NCBI GenBank assembly: GCA_951406725.2
Contig: OX597836.1
Span: forward strand, 29,326,001 to 29,390,000
Origin: Octopus vulgaris
Lineage: Eukaryota
DNA length: 64,000 bases
Direction: 5' to 3'
Shown: in pieces, positions 14,092 through 27,899 of the stretch
How the letters are laid out: each line of letters opens with the position of its first letter
Position numbering within the stretch: the stretch's first letter is position 1
Translations under genes and position numbers: made by a program
The notes under the pieces: model-generated
Seen by the model: the letters and a program-made list of their open reading frames with translations, nothing else
Databases searched by the model: none
Told to the model about the DNA's origin: nothing

Positions 14092-16289
14092 CAACATAGT
14101 ATATAGTGTAAATATACAAACATTGTCACTCTCTTTCCAAATCCTGTAGCATTTCACTTGAAAATTTTGGTCTTCTTGCCAAGCTGTTTTGGTGTATAAG
14201 TCAACCTACTTTTGGGGGTTGTAAATTTTGGTTGGAAAAATTCAACTTGAATGCCAGACAATATAAGTATAATTAAATGCCTCTGTAATCTACTAACATT
14301 ATTAACTATTAGTAAATATATTTCACCTTTATCTTGAGTATTGAACTTATATTATAATTCCTCTCTTAAAAGCCATTAACTTTATTTTATAACCATTACT
14401 ATATAATGACATAACTTTAATATCTGCATAATTATTGACTTCAGCTTGATATCTTTTTAATTCTACTCACAGGGTGCTGATGTAAGAAGTCTGGTAGTAC
14501 TACTATTAGCTATTTCATTTTCTGTTCATTTTGTATTAATCTTTGCTTTTTACATCTTACCTTTAACATACCATAACCGAAGCATTTACTAATCCTGATT
14601 TATAACACCACAAATATTTCTTTCAAAACATTAAATGTATAAACAGGAACAAAAGGTCTAAACTGTAATTATATCATCAATTTCCTTCAATTCCTTCACT
14701 GTACTCATTCATACATTTTTGTATGGCATATATTTTAAAAAATCTTTTAGCTCAACACCAATCGGCATCATTTAACTTTCACTTTTCCATGCTTGCATGG
14801 GTTGGACAGAATTTAAGGCAGATTTCTGCCCTTCCTGTTTCCAATTCTCACCTGTTTCTTAGCAAGGAAACACTCCCAATGACCCACGTAAAAAGCACCA
14901 TTCAAATCTGTTCATTACCAGTGTCGCCTTACTGGCACTTGTGCCAGTGGCACATGAAAAACATTCAAGGAAGGTCATTGCCAGTGCTGCTGGCACATAA
15001 AAAACACCACTTCAGCATGGCCATTGCCAGTACCGTCTGACTGGTCTTCATGCCGGTAGCACGTAAAAGCACCCACTACACTCGCGGAGTGGTTGATGTT
15101 AGGAAGGGCATCCAGCTGTAGAAACTCTGCCAGATTGGAGCCTGGTGCAGCTATCTGGTTCGCCAGTCATCAGTCAAATCGTCCAACCCATGCTAGCATG
15201 GAAAGCAGACGTTAAACAATGAAGATGATGATTAGAAACAACAGAATATGCTTGAAAGTAGGAGAGAACCAGCAATTGGAAGAGCATCCAGCTGTAGATT
15301 CACCAAATTTCATGTGTCCATGCAAGCATGAAAATAGAAATGAACTTTTAAAATGATGTTAATGATGTGTGTGTATTTGTTTGTGTGTGTGCGTGCATGC
15401 ATACACTTGTGATGCCTGTTTCTGTACCTCCATCATACTTTAACCTCTCATCGCCTGGCACAAAGTCATCTTCCTCAATGCTATTCTCTCCACCATCAGT
15501 TGATGGCTTTTGTCTTGCAAGTTACTTGGTGATCTCACTGGTGCTGGTATCATGTAAAAAGCGCTCAGTACACCTGTTAGTATTAGGAAGGGCATCCAGC
15601 TGTAGAAACCATGGCAAAGCAGTCTTCTGGCTTGCCAGCTCCTATCAACCTATGCCACATGGAAAACAGATGTTAAATGATGCCAGTGGTGTGTGTATGT
15701 GTGGAGATGCAATATGGTTGAAAGGCTTATGAAGTTCACTTTGCAACCATGAGGACCTGAGTTTAGTCTCACTGCATGAGTTGTTGGCCAAATGTCATTT
15801 TCTTTAACATCAGGTTGGTTCCTACCTTGTGAGTGAAAGTGGGTAAACAGAAGCCGTACTGAAGCTCCACAGGTGGACTACACATGCAGGTCCAAACGAT
15901 ACAGCCTTGTTGCAACCCATTGTATTGTGTTGAATCTACCTGAGAATTATGCTACATGTACCTTGGTCTGTTGAATACTCCCCAACTTACACTTTAATTC
16001 AGGAGCAAGTAATTCAGTCAATCAGAAACTGAATACTTACTGAACAATGGAGAGCCATCACCACCATTTATGTATATATGTGGTATTATTGCCTCTCTTT
16101 TAGAGTTGTTAACAATTGCTGCTAGATTTCTTTTTTTTTTTTTCATTTCTGCATCTCAGGCAAATTTCAAATGAAAAAAATTATTTTTTAACATACAGTA
16201 TTCAGTACATCCTTCCTCAATTGATTTATCTTAATTCTTTGCTTTGACCCATTTGAATTATTTCCCTTTGCTCATTTTTTAATCATCCT

Positions 16290-16620
16290 GAAGGTGTGTG
16301 GCTCAGTGGTTAGTGCATCAGGCTCACAGTCAGGAGGTAGTAAGTTCAATTCCCAGACCAGGCTATGTGTTTGTTCTTGAGCAAGACACTTTATTTCACA
16401 TTGCTCCATTCACTCAGCTGTAGAAATGTTGCGATATCACCGGTGCCAAGCTGTATTGGCCTTTCTCTTTCCCTTGGATAACTTCAGTGGAGTGGAAAGG
16501 GGGCTGGTATGCATGTGAGTGATGCTGGTCTTCCATAAACAACATTGCCTGGATTTGTGCCTTGGAGGGGATCTTTTAAGGTGCAATCCCATGGTCATTC
16601 AAGACTGAAGGGAGGTCCTC
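16290..16620 (+). mobile_element. CORE-like tRNA SINE (relatives at about 30010-30310 minus, 50290-50600 plus, 63650-63780 plus)
   Basis: A/B boxes followed by ttcttgagcaagacactttatttcacattgctcc, which resembles the CORE domain. Confidence 0.75.
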
Positions 16621-18392
16621 TTTAGGTGCTGACATGGCTGAGTGGTAAGAATTTAGCTTCCCAACTACATGGTCTTAGATTCTGTTCCTTGGCCAAGTGT
16701 CCTCTACACCAAATCCTATTAAGTGGATTTTGTAGATGGAAACTGAAAGAAGCCCATCATATATATGTGTGCGTTTGCATGTGTGTCTTACTATCTTTTT
16801 GCCTTCATGTAATAGTGATAAAATGAACGTCACTGTTATGCAAGCATTGTCCTTCATTTCCTATCTCTCTTGAAAATATTCCTGGTCATGAGCAAACATT
16901 TCCTTGTTTGGAAACATGAAGGTTGATGACAGGAAGGGCATCCAGCTATAGGAAATTCACCTCGACAACCTAAAAGGTTTTTGTGCAATCATAAAATCTT
17001 TAAAACTTACAAATACTTCCAGCTTGTATCCTATCCCTTCTCTCCATTTTCATTTACTGCCACACCTACACACACTCTTGGACACTCATTATTGCCTCCT
17101 AATCCCAACATCAATATTTACTGATACCCACTCAACCAACCATTTTAATGCATTTATTTTAAGCTTTTCCTACTCCTAACATAAACCTTATAACCTTATG
17201 GCGTTCTAGTATTTTTGTATTTTATATTTTTATATTTGTTTACACTTTTATTTTCCGCTATTGGGCTTATTGTCATCCTCTTTTGTTTGATTATTTACGT
17301 TTTAATTATCCCACCTCCTTATGCTGACCATTTTCCCTGCTCCCTTTATTTTGAGGTCTTGGTTTTATGCTGACCCATATCCCCTTTATTTTGAGGTCTT
17401 GGGCTACTTCACTTTCATTTCTTCTCTTGTCATGACCCACATTTAGTTAACCCTTTTACTGCAGAAAGTATATCCATTCAAAATTTCCCAACCCTTAACT
17501 GTGGAAAGCAGTTTTATATACCAATTGATGTCTTATTCAAGAATGTTGTGTTGAAACTATTTTTTGTTGAGTTATGTTGAGTTTATTGAAGCAGCATGAC
17601 TCACAGAAAATAGCAATTCTATTTCTTGGTAGATATTTGTCATCATTAATGGAATATCCATGAAATTTATTTTCGTAGTTAAAGGGTTAAATTGTTGGTT
17701 ATCTGCCCTGTAACCTCTGTCCATTAAGCCATTTATTGCCTAAAGGTTCATTTTATTAACAATCAGAATTATATCTGGATGGGTCATTTTATCCTCTGAC
17801 CTCCTTATTTGATGACCTTTCAACTCTTTGCAATGTTAAAAAGAAGAAATTGTTCTTGTCTTTCTCTCTGTTTTAATTACATTAAGAGATTTAAATTTTA
17901 AATTACTTTTAAAATGTTTCTTGTATCTTGTAATTAAGCTGAACCATCGTCTTGTAATTATTCTTAACTAAATAATTTTAATGCTTTAAATAGTTTTTTT
18001 TTTAAATCACCTTTTTTTCCTTTCTTTAAAGATGGCCAACTGCTGTGTATCATCCATTCCCTCTCCTCCTTCCCCCCTCTTCTTTAATCCTCCCCCCACA
18101 CTCTTTATACATCTCTTCTTTTGTCCTCCTTCCTCTCTATTGCTCTTTTTATCTTCCTCACTTTTTCCTATCTAAAAATTTCTTTTATATCATGTACTTT
18201 GAATTGAATAACTTTATCTTAATTCTGTAAACAACTCTTAAGTTATTTTAATTGTAACTGTTTCATTATATAAAGCATGTTAAATTAATGGCCTCCAACC
18301 ATTTTTTGCAACATGGACCAATTTCCATACATAACAAAACACAATTAAGTGCATAATATATAATTTAATTATTACATATATAATAATACATA

Positions 18393-18925
18393 TAGTTAGT
18401 TTGTTAGTTAGTTAATTTGGCTCAAAAGCAAATAGCAAGGCCATGTAGGGAGACATGGAGTTAAGTACAGGGTGGTGTTCATGTAAAGAGTTCAGGCCAC
18501 TTGAGGTCAAGGGAGGCTTTGAACAAAGCGGTCGTCGGCATCTTCACCATCCTGTCTGGCAGCTTGTTCCACGGATCCGCAACCCGGACGGAGAAAGCTC
18601 CTCTCCTTCGATTGAGATGAAATTGTCGCAGGTAGAGCTTTTCGGAATGACCCCGCAGCCGACGCTCTGGAGCAGGAGTGAAGAATAGCTCTTTCGAGAG
18701 GTTACACTTTCCGCTTATGTTGTGGGCGAGAATGAGATCACCACGGCGGCGGCGTTTTTCTAGAGAATAAAGGTCGAGCGTCCTCAGCCTTTCTTCATAG
18801 GGCAAATTTTTGAGACCATGAACCATGTGGGTAGCCAGCTTCTGGAGTCTTTCGAGATGCTGTATGTCTTTGAGGACATAAGGATAAGAGGCTTGAATCC
18901 AATGCAAAACCACTCTGCAGACTGC
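18393..18925 (-). mobile_element. CR1-group LINE 3' fragment with (TAAC)n tail, inserted in a hAT-type MITE
   Basis: ORF 18479-18934: LERLQKLATHMVHGLKNLPYEERLRTLDLYSLEKRRRRGDLI...RGHSEKL...FSVRVADPWNKLP; MITE halves at about 18290-18392 and 18926-19022. Confidence 0.9.
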
Positions 18926-19599
18926 AATAGTCAAAATGAAAGTAAAATTTTAAAAAAATTCTTTCTGTGCAGCCTAGAACCAAATGATCCAAGGCCTGCA
19001 GTTGATACTCGGGACTCCTGCTTTAAATGATCTAAATAGTTATTTATATGTTTCTTGTACAACTTGAAAAGTATTATTTCAATATTTTCCCCACTATATG
19101 GTCAACTGACAACTTTGTTTATTGTCTTCTACATTCTGTTGCATCCATCTTCTTTTTTTTGTAATCTACACTGCCTACTTACCCCCCACCCCCTCGTACT
19201 TTTCTTCCTTTTCTTCTCCTTTACCCTTCGCTCTTTCCCTCTCCACAGATTTCTTCTCAATTCCTAATGTTATCTTCTAAATAACCTTGCCATATGTTTT
19301 TGCATTCTGCATTAGTCTCCTTGTCTTATCTTCTAGCCATCCTTTCTGACTGTTTATCCTTTGTTCTCTCCCTATAATTTTCCTCCTTTCTTCTTGTTGC
19401 CCCAAATGCTTTTCTAGCATTTACACCATACCTCTGTCACCCCCATTTTCATGTTTTTAGCCTTTCCATTTTCTCTTATTACCAGGTTTTCATTTCCAGC
19501 CTCTGTTCCATTCATAACTTCATCTCTTTTTTTCCTTGTATTGAGACTCCATCTTGTCTCTCCAAACTAATTATGTGTGTGTATGTGTGTGTGTATTTA

Positions 19600-19887
19600 T
19601 ACCCGTGGACATATTTACAAAGTAAGAAAACAGCACAGCTCCCATGACTTCAGGAAACATTTTTTCACGCTGAGAGTTGCTGAAGCGTGGAACACACTGC
19701 CGGCATTGGTTGTTAGTTGTCGGAGCACTGCATCCTTCAAAACTTCCATGCTTCCTGAGATTCGCCAACACTACACTTGATACACACACAAGCATGTTCA
19801 CTTTCCAGACATTTCTACACTACTGCATGTACTTTATATGCACTTTCTGACAAGTTGTGGTGCACCTGAGCACTGTATACAATAATT

Positions 19888-19916
<29 letters not shown>
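19600..19916 (+). mobile_element. CR1/L2-group LINE 3' fragment with (ATT)n tail
   Basis: TRGHIYKVRKQHSSHDFRKHFFTLRVAEAWNTLPALVVSCRSTASFK, then UTR and (ATT)n. Confidence 0.8.
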
Positions 19917-19925
<9 letters not shown>

Positions 19926-20278
19926 TAAATATATATATATGGCTGTGTGGTAAGAAGCTTGCTTCCAAACCACATGGTTCCAGGTTCAGTTCCACTGCGT
20001 GGCACCTTGCGCAAGTGTCTTCTTATGAGTGGATATGGCAGACAGAAAATGTGTATATCTTTGTGCATGTGTTTGTTCCCCCCCACCATCACCACTTGAC
20101 AACCGGTGTTGGTGCTTTTAATTTCCTATTACTTAGCAGATCAGCAAAAGAGACCAATAGAATAAGTACCTGGCTTAGAAAAAAATTAAGTACTGGAGTC
20201 AATTCATTCGACTAAAATCCTTCAAAGTGGTGCCCCAACATGGCTGCAGTTTAATGATTGAAACAAGTAAAAGATATA

Positions 20279-21100
20279 CAGGATTATTCAAAAAGAATGA
20301 ACCGATTTCATTATATATGTGCGTGCGAGTGGACAAATGAAAGAAGGCTATATATTAAATGCGGGGTTAAACCACAAAAATTTCCTAGTTCTAGATCTAC
20401 GTAGCCAATTATTGCTAGAATTAACTTGACTACACTGGATCTTCTCCGAGAATCCACTTTTCCTTAAAGCATTATTGTAATACGGCGCAGCATTTTGAAA
20501 AGCCGTATCATCCGAAGAAATTGGTGATATTCACCTTCCTACATTACTAACTAGGTTAGTAACTCACACACTTTACTTTAATAAGGAAAAGCAAATGAAA
20601 ACTTCAGTTAAGTCACAAGTATTTACTCACAATCAGCTTTTATTTCCTGTATTATAAGTTTTCAATGTGGGCACCACCTGCAGCACAGGCAACATCAAGG
20701 CAATAAGAGGACTTCTCCCAGACACGTATCAGCATATCACGATCCACTGAGCTGATCGCTGTTGTTATTCGATGTTTGTGATTTTTTTTTTTCTTGTGGA
20801 GATGTGTAAAAGATCGCATTGATGTCCCACCACTACCCACTAACCTCGATGACCTTAAACATTGAATAAAAACAGTGATCGACTCAGTGGATCGCGATAT
20901 GCTGATATGCGTCTGGAAGGAATTCTCTTATCATATTGATGTAGCCTGTGCTGCAGGTGGAGGCCACATTGAATACTTGTAAAACAGGAAATGAAAGTTG
21001 ATCGTGAGTAAATACTTGTGACTTAGCTGGAGTTTTCTATTGCTTTTCCCTATTAAAATATTGCGCTATGAAATCAGTTCATTCTTTTTAAACAACCCTG
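20279..21100. mobile_element. Palindromic non-autonomous mariner derivative built from two right ends
   Basis: TIRs caggattattcaaaaagaatgaaccgatttcat / atgaaatcagttcattctttttaaacaaccctg; both arms encode the transposase C-terminus (SVDRDMLIxVWxxxSYxxDVACAAGGxHIExL). Confidence 0.8.
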
Positions 21101-21119
21101 TCTATTGTCTATGTGTATA

Positions 21120-22358
21120 CAGGGTGCGTAAGATATTTGAGGATAGATTTATGTTTATCAAAAAACAGGTATATAATAGCAGATAATAACTTTATTTATC
21201 AAAAAATGCTATGAGGATAAAAATAAGCCTTTTCTATAATGTTATTCAATAAAACTACCTTCATCTTCAACGACTGCTTCTATATGAGATCTAAATCATC
21301 TACATGCTCGAATCAAGTGGTCCTGGTTCATTTTGGACATTACTCTGACTGTGGTAGCTTTCGAAAAATCTTTGGTGTTATGGGTGTGTTCATTGACCTC
21401 TCTCTCAACAATGTTCCACTTGTAATAGTCCAATGGATTGAAATCTGGGGAATTAGGAGGCCAAATATTAGGGGGTTATGTGATCATAAAAATTTTCAGC
21501 TATCTATTCCTGTGTTACTAGAGCCATGTGTGATAGTGCAAAGTCTTACTGAAACACATATTGCCTTCCATTGCATACACTGTCTATCCAGGGCTTAACA
21601 ATTGTTTCCAGGACCTCAGTGTAGGTGGCAGAGTTAACTCTAAGGCTTTATGGAAAGAAGTAAGGCATCACATGTCCTTCATTGCTGACAACCCCTAAAA
21701 CCATGCCAGTTGCAGGAAATTTTGTATATATAGCACTTTGAACTTCAGAAGTCTGCACATAACCATCTGTCATTTCTTCTGTTAACTTTTTGATCTTGGT
21801 AGAAGTGTTTTTCATTTGAGAAAAACCAAATCAAATCCTCTTCTGCTGGATTTTTCAGTTTGTTTAAGAGCCTTTTAGATCTGATATACTTTTCTTTTGC
21901 TTTTTCTGACAAATTGATCTTTCCTCCTTATATATGACTCATATTTGATGTCTTTTGTGGACAACATTTCTGACTGTTCCTTGTGACACATGGAGATCTT
22001 TTGCAGTTGACCTCATGGACTTTCTGGGATTGAACTTGCTGGATAAATTCAAGTATTCTGATGATTTCAGAGCACTTAGAGTGCTTTTTATGCTTTGATA
22101 CTGAGGATACATTTCCATTTTCAGTCTCTAACTCCTTACAAACTTTGTAGACAAAAGATCAGGCAACGTTTAAAAATCGAGATATTTCTAAATCACTATG
22201 CTCAGCATTTCTAACCACAATAACAGCATGCCTCTTCATTTCTTGAACAAGCTGAGAGTCTACCATTATTATATTCTGAAACAAAGATTATACTGAGTTA
22301 GCAAAAAATGCAGCAATGACCCCAAAAAGGTATGTCCTCAAATACCTTACACACCATG
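21120..22358 (-). mobile_element. Decayed near full-length Tc1/mariner-superfamily transposon (maT-like)
   Basis: TIRs cagggtgcgtaagatatttgagga / tcctcaaataccttacacaccatg; minus-strand remnants MKRHAVIVV..DLEISRFLNVA and WPPNSPDFNPLDYYKWNIVEREVN. Confidence 0.8.
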
Positions 22359-22364
22359 TGTGTG

Positions 22365-22408
<44 letters not shown>

Positions 22409-23567
22409 CGCTTGTGTGTGTCTTTGTGTTAGTTCCCAACCACCACTTCATAACTGGTGTTGGTCTGTTTTAATCCCTGAAACTAGCAGTTTGGCAAAAG
22501 TGATCAATGGAATAATTATCAGGCTTAAAAAGAAGGTTCTGCAGTCAGTTCATTTGACTAAAATTCTTGAAAGTGGTGCTCTAGAATGGCTGCAGTTCAA
22601 TAACTGAAGCAATTAAAAGATAAACAGCATACACAAACACACACATATACATAGGCGTAGGAGTGGCTGTGTGGTAAGTAGCTTGCTTACGAACCACATG
22701 GTTCCGGGTTCAGTCCCACTGTGTGGCACCTTGGGCAAGTGTCTTCTACTATAGCCTTGGGCCGACCAAAGCCTTGTGAGTGGATTTGGTAGACGGAAAC
22801 TGAGAGAAGCCCGTTGTATATATGTATATACATGTATATGTTTGTGTGTCTGTGTTTGTCCCCCTAACATTGCTTGACAACCGATGGTGTGTTTACTTCC
22901 CCATAACTTAGCCGTTCGGCAAAGAGACCGATAGAATAAGTACTAGGCTTACAAAAGAATAAGTCCTGAGATCAATTTGTTCGACTAAAAGGTGGTGCTC
23001 CAGCATGGTCACAGTCAAATTACTGAAACAAGTAAAAGAGTAAAGAGTATACACACATGTATGCAGGCTTCTTGTGGGAGGCTGGTAATGGCAGAGTGGT
23101 TAAAAATAAAGGTGGATAGTAGGAGGTTTATAGTATAATTACCTCTGTTAGCAACATAGTTTCTCCTTTCATAGGAGAATCAGATTGTATATCATTGAAA
23201 CTATGAATAAATCTAGAGGACTTTGCATTGATTGAAGTGTTAATTATAATTTTGGATGTGCAATGGAGTCATGGGGGGGAAAGGGAAGTGAAAACGACGA
23301 GGAAATGTTTGAATATTAAAAATATTGGCAGACTGCATGCAAAAAGAAGGAAAGAAAAAACAGGAAAAAAAAAAGAAAAAATCAACAAAAAAGAAAGAGA
23401 AAAAAAAAACGAATCTAAACTGTTATTGACTGGAATTGCAAATGAATGAAGCAATGTGGGTGAATGATTGCTGAGATTTGGTGGATGGTTTTCGCAATTT
23501 TACCATAAAATAATTTTTCTCTTTGTTAATGTATTTCTATAACTTTATTATTTTATTCCATTGGCAG

Positions 23568-23663
23568 GCAAAATACATAGCAGAATGCCTGGATGAAATA
23601 AAACAAGAGCTTCGACAAGATAACATGGCTGTGAAGTCCAATGCTGTAAACAAATTAACATAT
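23568..23663 (+). CDS. AP3D1: AP3D1 exon (probable exon 2): AKYIAECLDEIKQELRQDNMAVKSNAVNKLTY
   Basis: ttggcag|GCA...TAT|gtaagc, 96 nt, phase 0/0. Confidence 0.96.
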
Positions 23664-23900
23664 GTAAGCATTTGTTTATTTATATACACCATTTCTTATA
23701 AATTCTTTATTAGTTTTTTTTTTGTTTTGTTTTGTTTTTACCTGTTTGTAAAACATGAATTTTCTTCACTTGGTTAATTTTCTTTTTATTTTGCAGGAGA
23801 GAGCTAACTTAAAATTGATTTTTAATCTTTTAAATATTAACCTTTTAACATTCAAACTGGCAATATCCAGCCTAAATATTCTGCCATTTTTTATTAAAAC

Positions 23901-24126
23901 TTAGTTAGTTAATTTTTTGGCTCAAAAGCAAAAAGCAAGGCCATGTAGGGGGACATGGAGTTATGTACAGGGTGGTGTTCATGTAAAGAGTTCAGGCCAC
24001 TTGAGGTCAAGGGAGACTTTGAACAAAGCGGTCGTCGGCATCTTCACCATCTCGTCTGGCAGCTTGTTCCACGGATCCGCAACCCAGACGGAGAAAGCTC
24101 CTCTCCTTCGATTGAGATGAAATCGT
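23901..24126 (-). mobile_element. Second, shorter copy of the same CR1-group LINE 3' end, inserted in a piggyBac-type MITE
   Basis: Near-identical to about 18405-18628; MITE sequence continues on both sides (23838-23900, 24127-24282). Confidence 0.9.
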
Positions 24127-24655
24127 CCAGATCTGGCCTCTTAAACCTATACGATATCAATCTAAAAACAAGCAATCACATCATGAAAGCCTCTTTGCTT
24201 CAAGATAACGCATGATTAATTCAAAATAATGAGAATAAATAAGAATTACATTTGAGAGAGTAATCTGGATGGTGAAGGTTAAAAGGCATATCAAAGTGGT
24301 TAAGCAGCTCATTTTGCAACTGTGTGATTACAGGTTCAGTCCCACTGCATGGCATCTTGGACCAATGTTGTTTACTGTAACCTGAGCAATTAATTCCTTG
24401 TGAGTGAAATTGGTAATTGACAATTGCAGAAGCTCATTATTAGTCATGGCCATTGCCGGTGTCATATAAATGGCACCCATGCTGGTGGCACATAAAAAAA
24501 GTACCCATTACACTCTTGGAGTGGTTGGCATTAGGAAGGGCATCCAGCTGTAGAAACCATGCCAAATCAGACTGGAACCTGGTGCAGCTCTCCAGCTTAC
24601 CAGATTCAGTCAAACTGTTTAACCCATGCCAGCATGGAAAGCAGACATTAAATGA

Positions 24656-24705
<50 letters not shown>

Positions 24706-24789
24706 GGAAAGTTTACGAAAATAAACAAAAGACGAAGGCAGGTGGAGTACACACAAATGTATTAGTATAGCGTTCAGGAATAAAAAAAG

Positions 24790-24827
24790 TCTTTTACGTT
24801 TCAAGCCTACGCTCTTCAACAGAAAGA
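24790..24827 (-). ncRNA. Minimal hammerhead-like motif with CUGUUGA core, in a repeat spanning about 24700-24960
   Basis: Minus strand: tcttt CTGTTGA A GAGC-GTAG-GCTT GAAA CG TA aaaga; related copies at 4100-4245 (+) and 38675-38860 (-). Confidence 0.6.
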
Positions 24828-26712
24828 TACACAGAAAAAAACAAGGAGAGAAAAAAATGCGTGTAGGAGCTAGCGATCTATCATGGCGTCCTGACTTCGG
24901 ACAATGGTCAGACGCGAGAGGGACAGTAGGGGAGATAACAGGGTCAAGTGACTTCCAGTACGAATATATATATATATATTAGAATAACATTGTGAGAGGC
25001 TGGATGTGGCTGGTTTTAATGCTAAAGAGCTAAACTGAATGGCATTCTTAATCAGTCAACGAGAATGAAAGACCTTCAGTGTGGTTGCTTGACCTGCTAG
25101 AAATACTTGCCAAATTCCTCAAATTTCACCCTACTACCTTAAAAGGTAAAAAAAAATGAAGCACACATTGAACAATGTAGGCAGGGAAATAAGAGTCTTT
25201 AGATCATCAGATCAAATGGTCAGCAGTATTTGTTCTGATTTTCTGTGCTCCGAGTTCAAGCCCAGCTTGAAGCTGACTTTATTTTTCATTATTTTGGGGT
25301 TGATAAAGAAAGTCCAATCCAGAGCACTGCTTTCAGTGGTGTATGAGATGTTACATACAATACACAGATGGTGATTTTAATTATGCATCTAACAAACTGG
25401 AAACTACTAACTTGATCTCAACCCCCCAGTTTGAAATTGTAGATCAAGAGGTATAATTTTAGTGGAGTAATTAGTTCTGATTGCTAAATGGGTGATTGCT
25501 GTTTAATTAACACCACTACAACCACTATTATCAGTAGCAGCAGCACTACTACCATCATTATTAGGCTGGGACCTCCACCACCAGCTCCATTATCAGTACT
25601 ATCAAAACTCTCAACTTATCTGCAACATCACCATTGCCATTCGCTACCACTATCGTTAGAATCACCAGCTCTGTCATCACAACCACAGCAAGTTGATGCA
25701 GGAGTCCCTGTGTAGTTGCTTTACTTGCTAGAAATAGCTGTAAAATCTTACTCAAGCTTCATCTTAAAATCTTACAAAAAAGGATAAGTATATTTGCTGG
25801 CATGGGTTGGACAGTTTGATTCAGCCATTTTGTCTCTGTGAGGCCAAATGCTTAAAAGGAACTCTGCCACTTTGCCTATGTCAGGCCCAACACTTGAAAG
25901 GAACTCAGCCACTCTGCCTACGTCAGGCCCAATGTTCAAAGGTTGATTTTTTTTCTTACATGCCACCAGCACAGGTGCACTTGGCTTAAGAGGAGCACAT
26001 CGTCAAAGATCTCGGTTACTAGTCATTGCTTCTGTGAGGTTCATTGATAAAAGGAGTACAGTGAACTTGCCATGGGGGAATGGAAAACCCAATGTTTCGG
26101 GTGGAGTCCTTCTTCAGAGAAAAACTGAAAGAATTGAGAGCCAGCAAAATTTCACAGTCTCTAAGTCAGTGATTCTCAACCATTTTTTTTTATACCTATA
26201 GTCGCCTTTGATTCTGGTTTCCTATTATATTTTTAGAATGAAATATTATTAGGAATTGTATCAAGAGCATCTTCTCTGCTTATTATTCTTCTGAGAGTCA
26301 TGATGGTTGTGTCATCAGGTGCCTTCTCCATAGGGTCCTATCAGAAGCAGCTGTCATTAGACTTTCTGGCTGGATTCCCAAGCGTGATTGAGACTGTAGA
26401 TCAGTGATTCTAAAATATTAGGTAACTGAAAAGAATGAATAGCATGGTACCACAGGCTGCAGGTAATAAGCCTGCTACACATGCAAAACTCCAAGAGCTC
26501 CAACAAAACTTGCGATAAAGAGAAATAATAATAATAATAATGGTTTCAAATTCTGCCACAAGGGCAGCAATTTCAACCCCAGTATTTTATCTCTGAAAGG
26601 AAGAAGGGCAAAGTCAACCCTGGTAGAATTTGAACTCAGGACATGAAGATGTAGGAAATGCCACTAAGCATTTTGCCTGGCTTGCTGTTGATTCTGTCAG
26701 CTTGCCGCTGCC

Positions 26713-26855
26713 TTAATAGCAATAATAAAGGTTTAAATGCTAAAGGGTTAATAGCAATAATAAAGGTTTAAATACTAAAGGGTTAATAGCAATAATAAAG
26801 GTAATAATAAAGGTTTAAATGCTAAAGGGTTAATAGCAATAATAAAGGTAATAAT
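26713..26855 (+). repeat. Tandem 35-bp minisatellite containing a piggyBac-MITE end
   Basis: ttaatagcaataataaaggtttaaatgctaaaggg about 3.5 times. Confidence 0.9.
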
Positions 26856-26889
26856 AATTAATAAAAAATTTGTTTCTTTTTCTTTTCAG

Positions 26890-26970
26890 CTTCAAATGCT
26901 TGGTTATGATATTAGCTGGGCTGCATTCAACATCATAGAAGTAATGAGTTCTTCAAAGTTTACATTTAAG
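26890..26970 (+). CDS. AP3D1: AP3D1 exon 3: LQMLGYDISWAAFNIIEVMSSSKFTFK
   Basis: ttttcag|CTT...AAG|gtatgt, 81 nt. Confidence 0.97.
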
Positions 26971-27899
26971 GTATGTCCATTTTAAGGAATAAATCCTACC
27001 ATGATTTTGTTATTTTTCTCATGTAGCTTTTGATAATTAACTCATTGTTTATTGTACACTTTAGAATCAACATTCCTTTACGTATTCTGTTATTTATAAA
27101 TTAACCACAAAATGCATTTTTGGGTGTATGGTAAGAATATGGTAAGAAGTCTGCTTCCCAAACATGAGCTTCTGTGTTTAGTTCTACTGCATGGCACCTT
27201 GGACATGTGCCTTGGTTTATAGCCCTTGGCAACCAAAGCCTTGTGAGTGATTTGGAAGATGGAAACTGAAAGAAACCTGTTGTGTATATCATCATCATCA
27301 TCGTTTAATGTCCGTTTTCCATGCTGACATGGGTTTGATGGTTTGACTGGGGTCTGGGAAGCCAGGAAGCTGCACCAGGTCCCAGTCTGATCTGGCAGTG
27401 TTTCTACAGCTGGATGCCCTTCCTAATGCCAACCACTCCGAGAGTGCAGTGCTGCTTTTTACGTGCCACTGGCACAGGGGTCAGAGGAGCTGGCATTGAC
27501 TATGATCAGATGGTGCTTTTTACATGTCACCAGCACAGAAACCAGTCAAAGCGTCACTGGCATCGGCCATGTTCGGATGGTGCTTTTTACATGCTACCGG
27601 TACGGGGGTCACAACTACAATTTCCATATATATATCTAGATCAAAACAGTTTGATTCAAATTCGTTGGTATGCTTGAGTTTCAAGTACGATGCTAGTCTT
27701 CAGCCATTTTGAATTCAAAATGACTCCCAACTAACATCATACTTGAAACTCAAGAGTACCAACAAATTTGAATCAAACTATTTTGATCCATATATGTAAC
27801 TCCCAATAAATTGGTTGAGTGCCCTTCTTTCATTTGTCCACTCATATATATTTATACACACACACACATAGTATACACATACATCATCATAATCATCAT

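Noticed and set aside
20478-20515. tacggc/gccgta hairpin next to minus-strand CGGATGA
   Set aside because: No GAAA follows the stem, so it does not fit a hammerhead.
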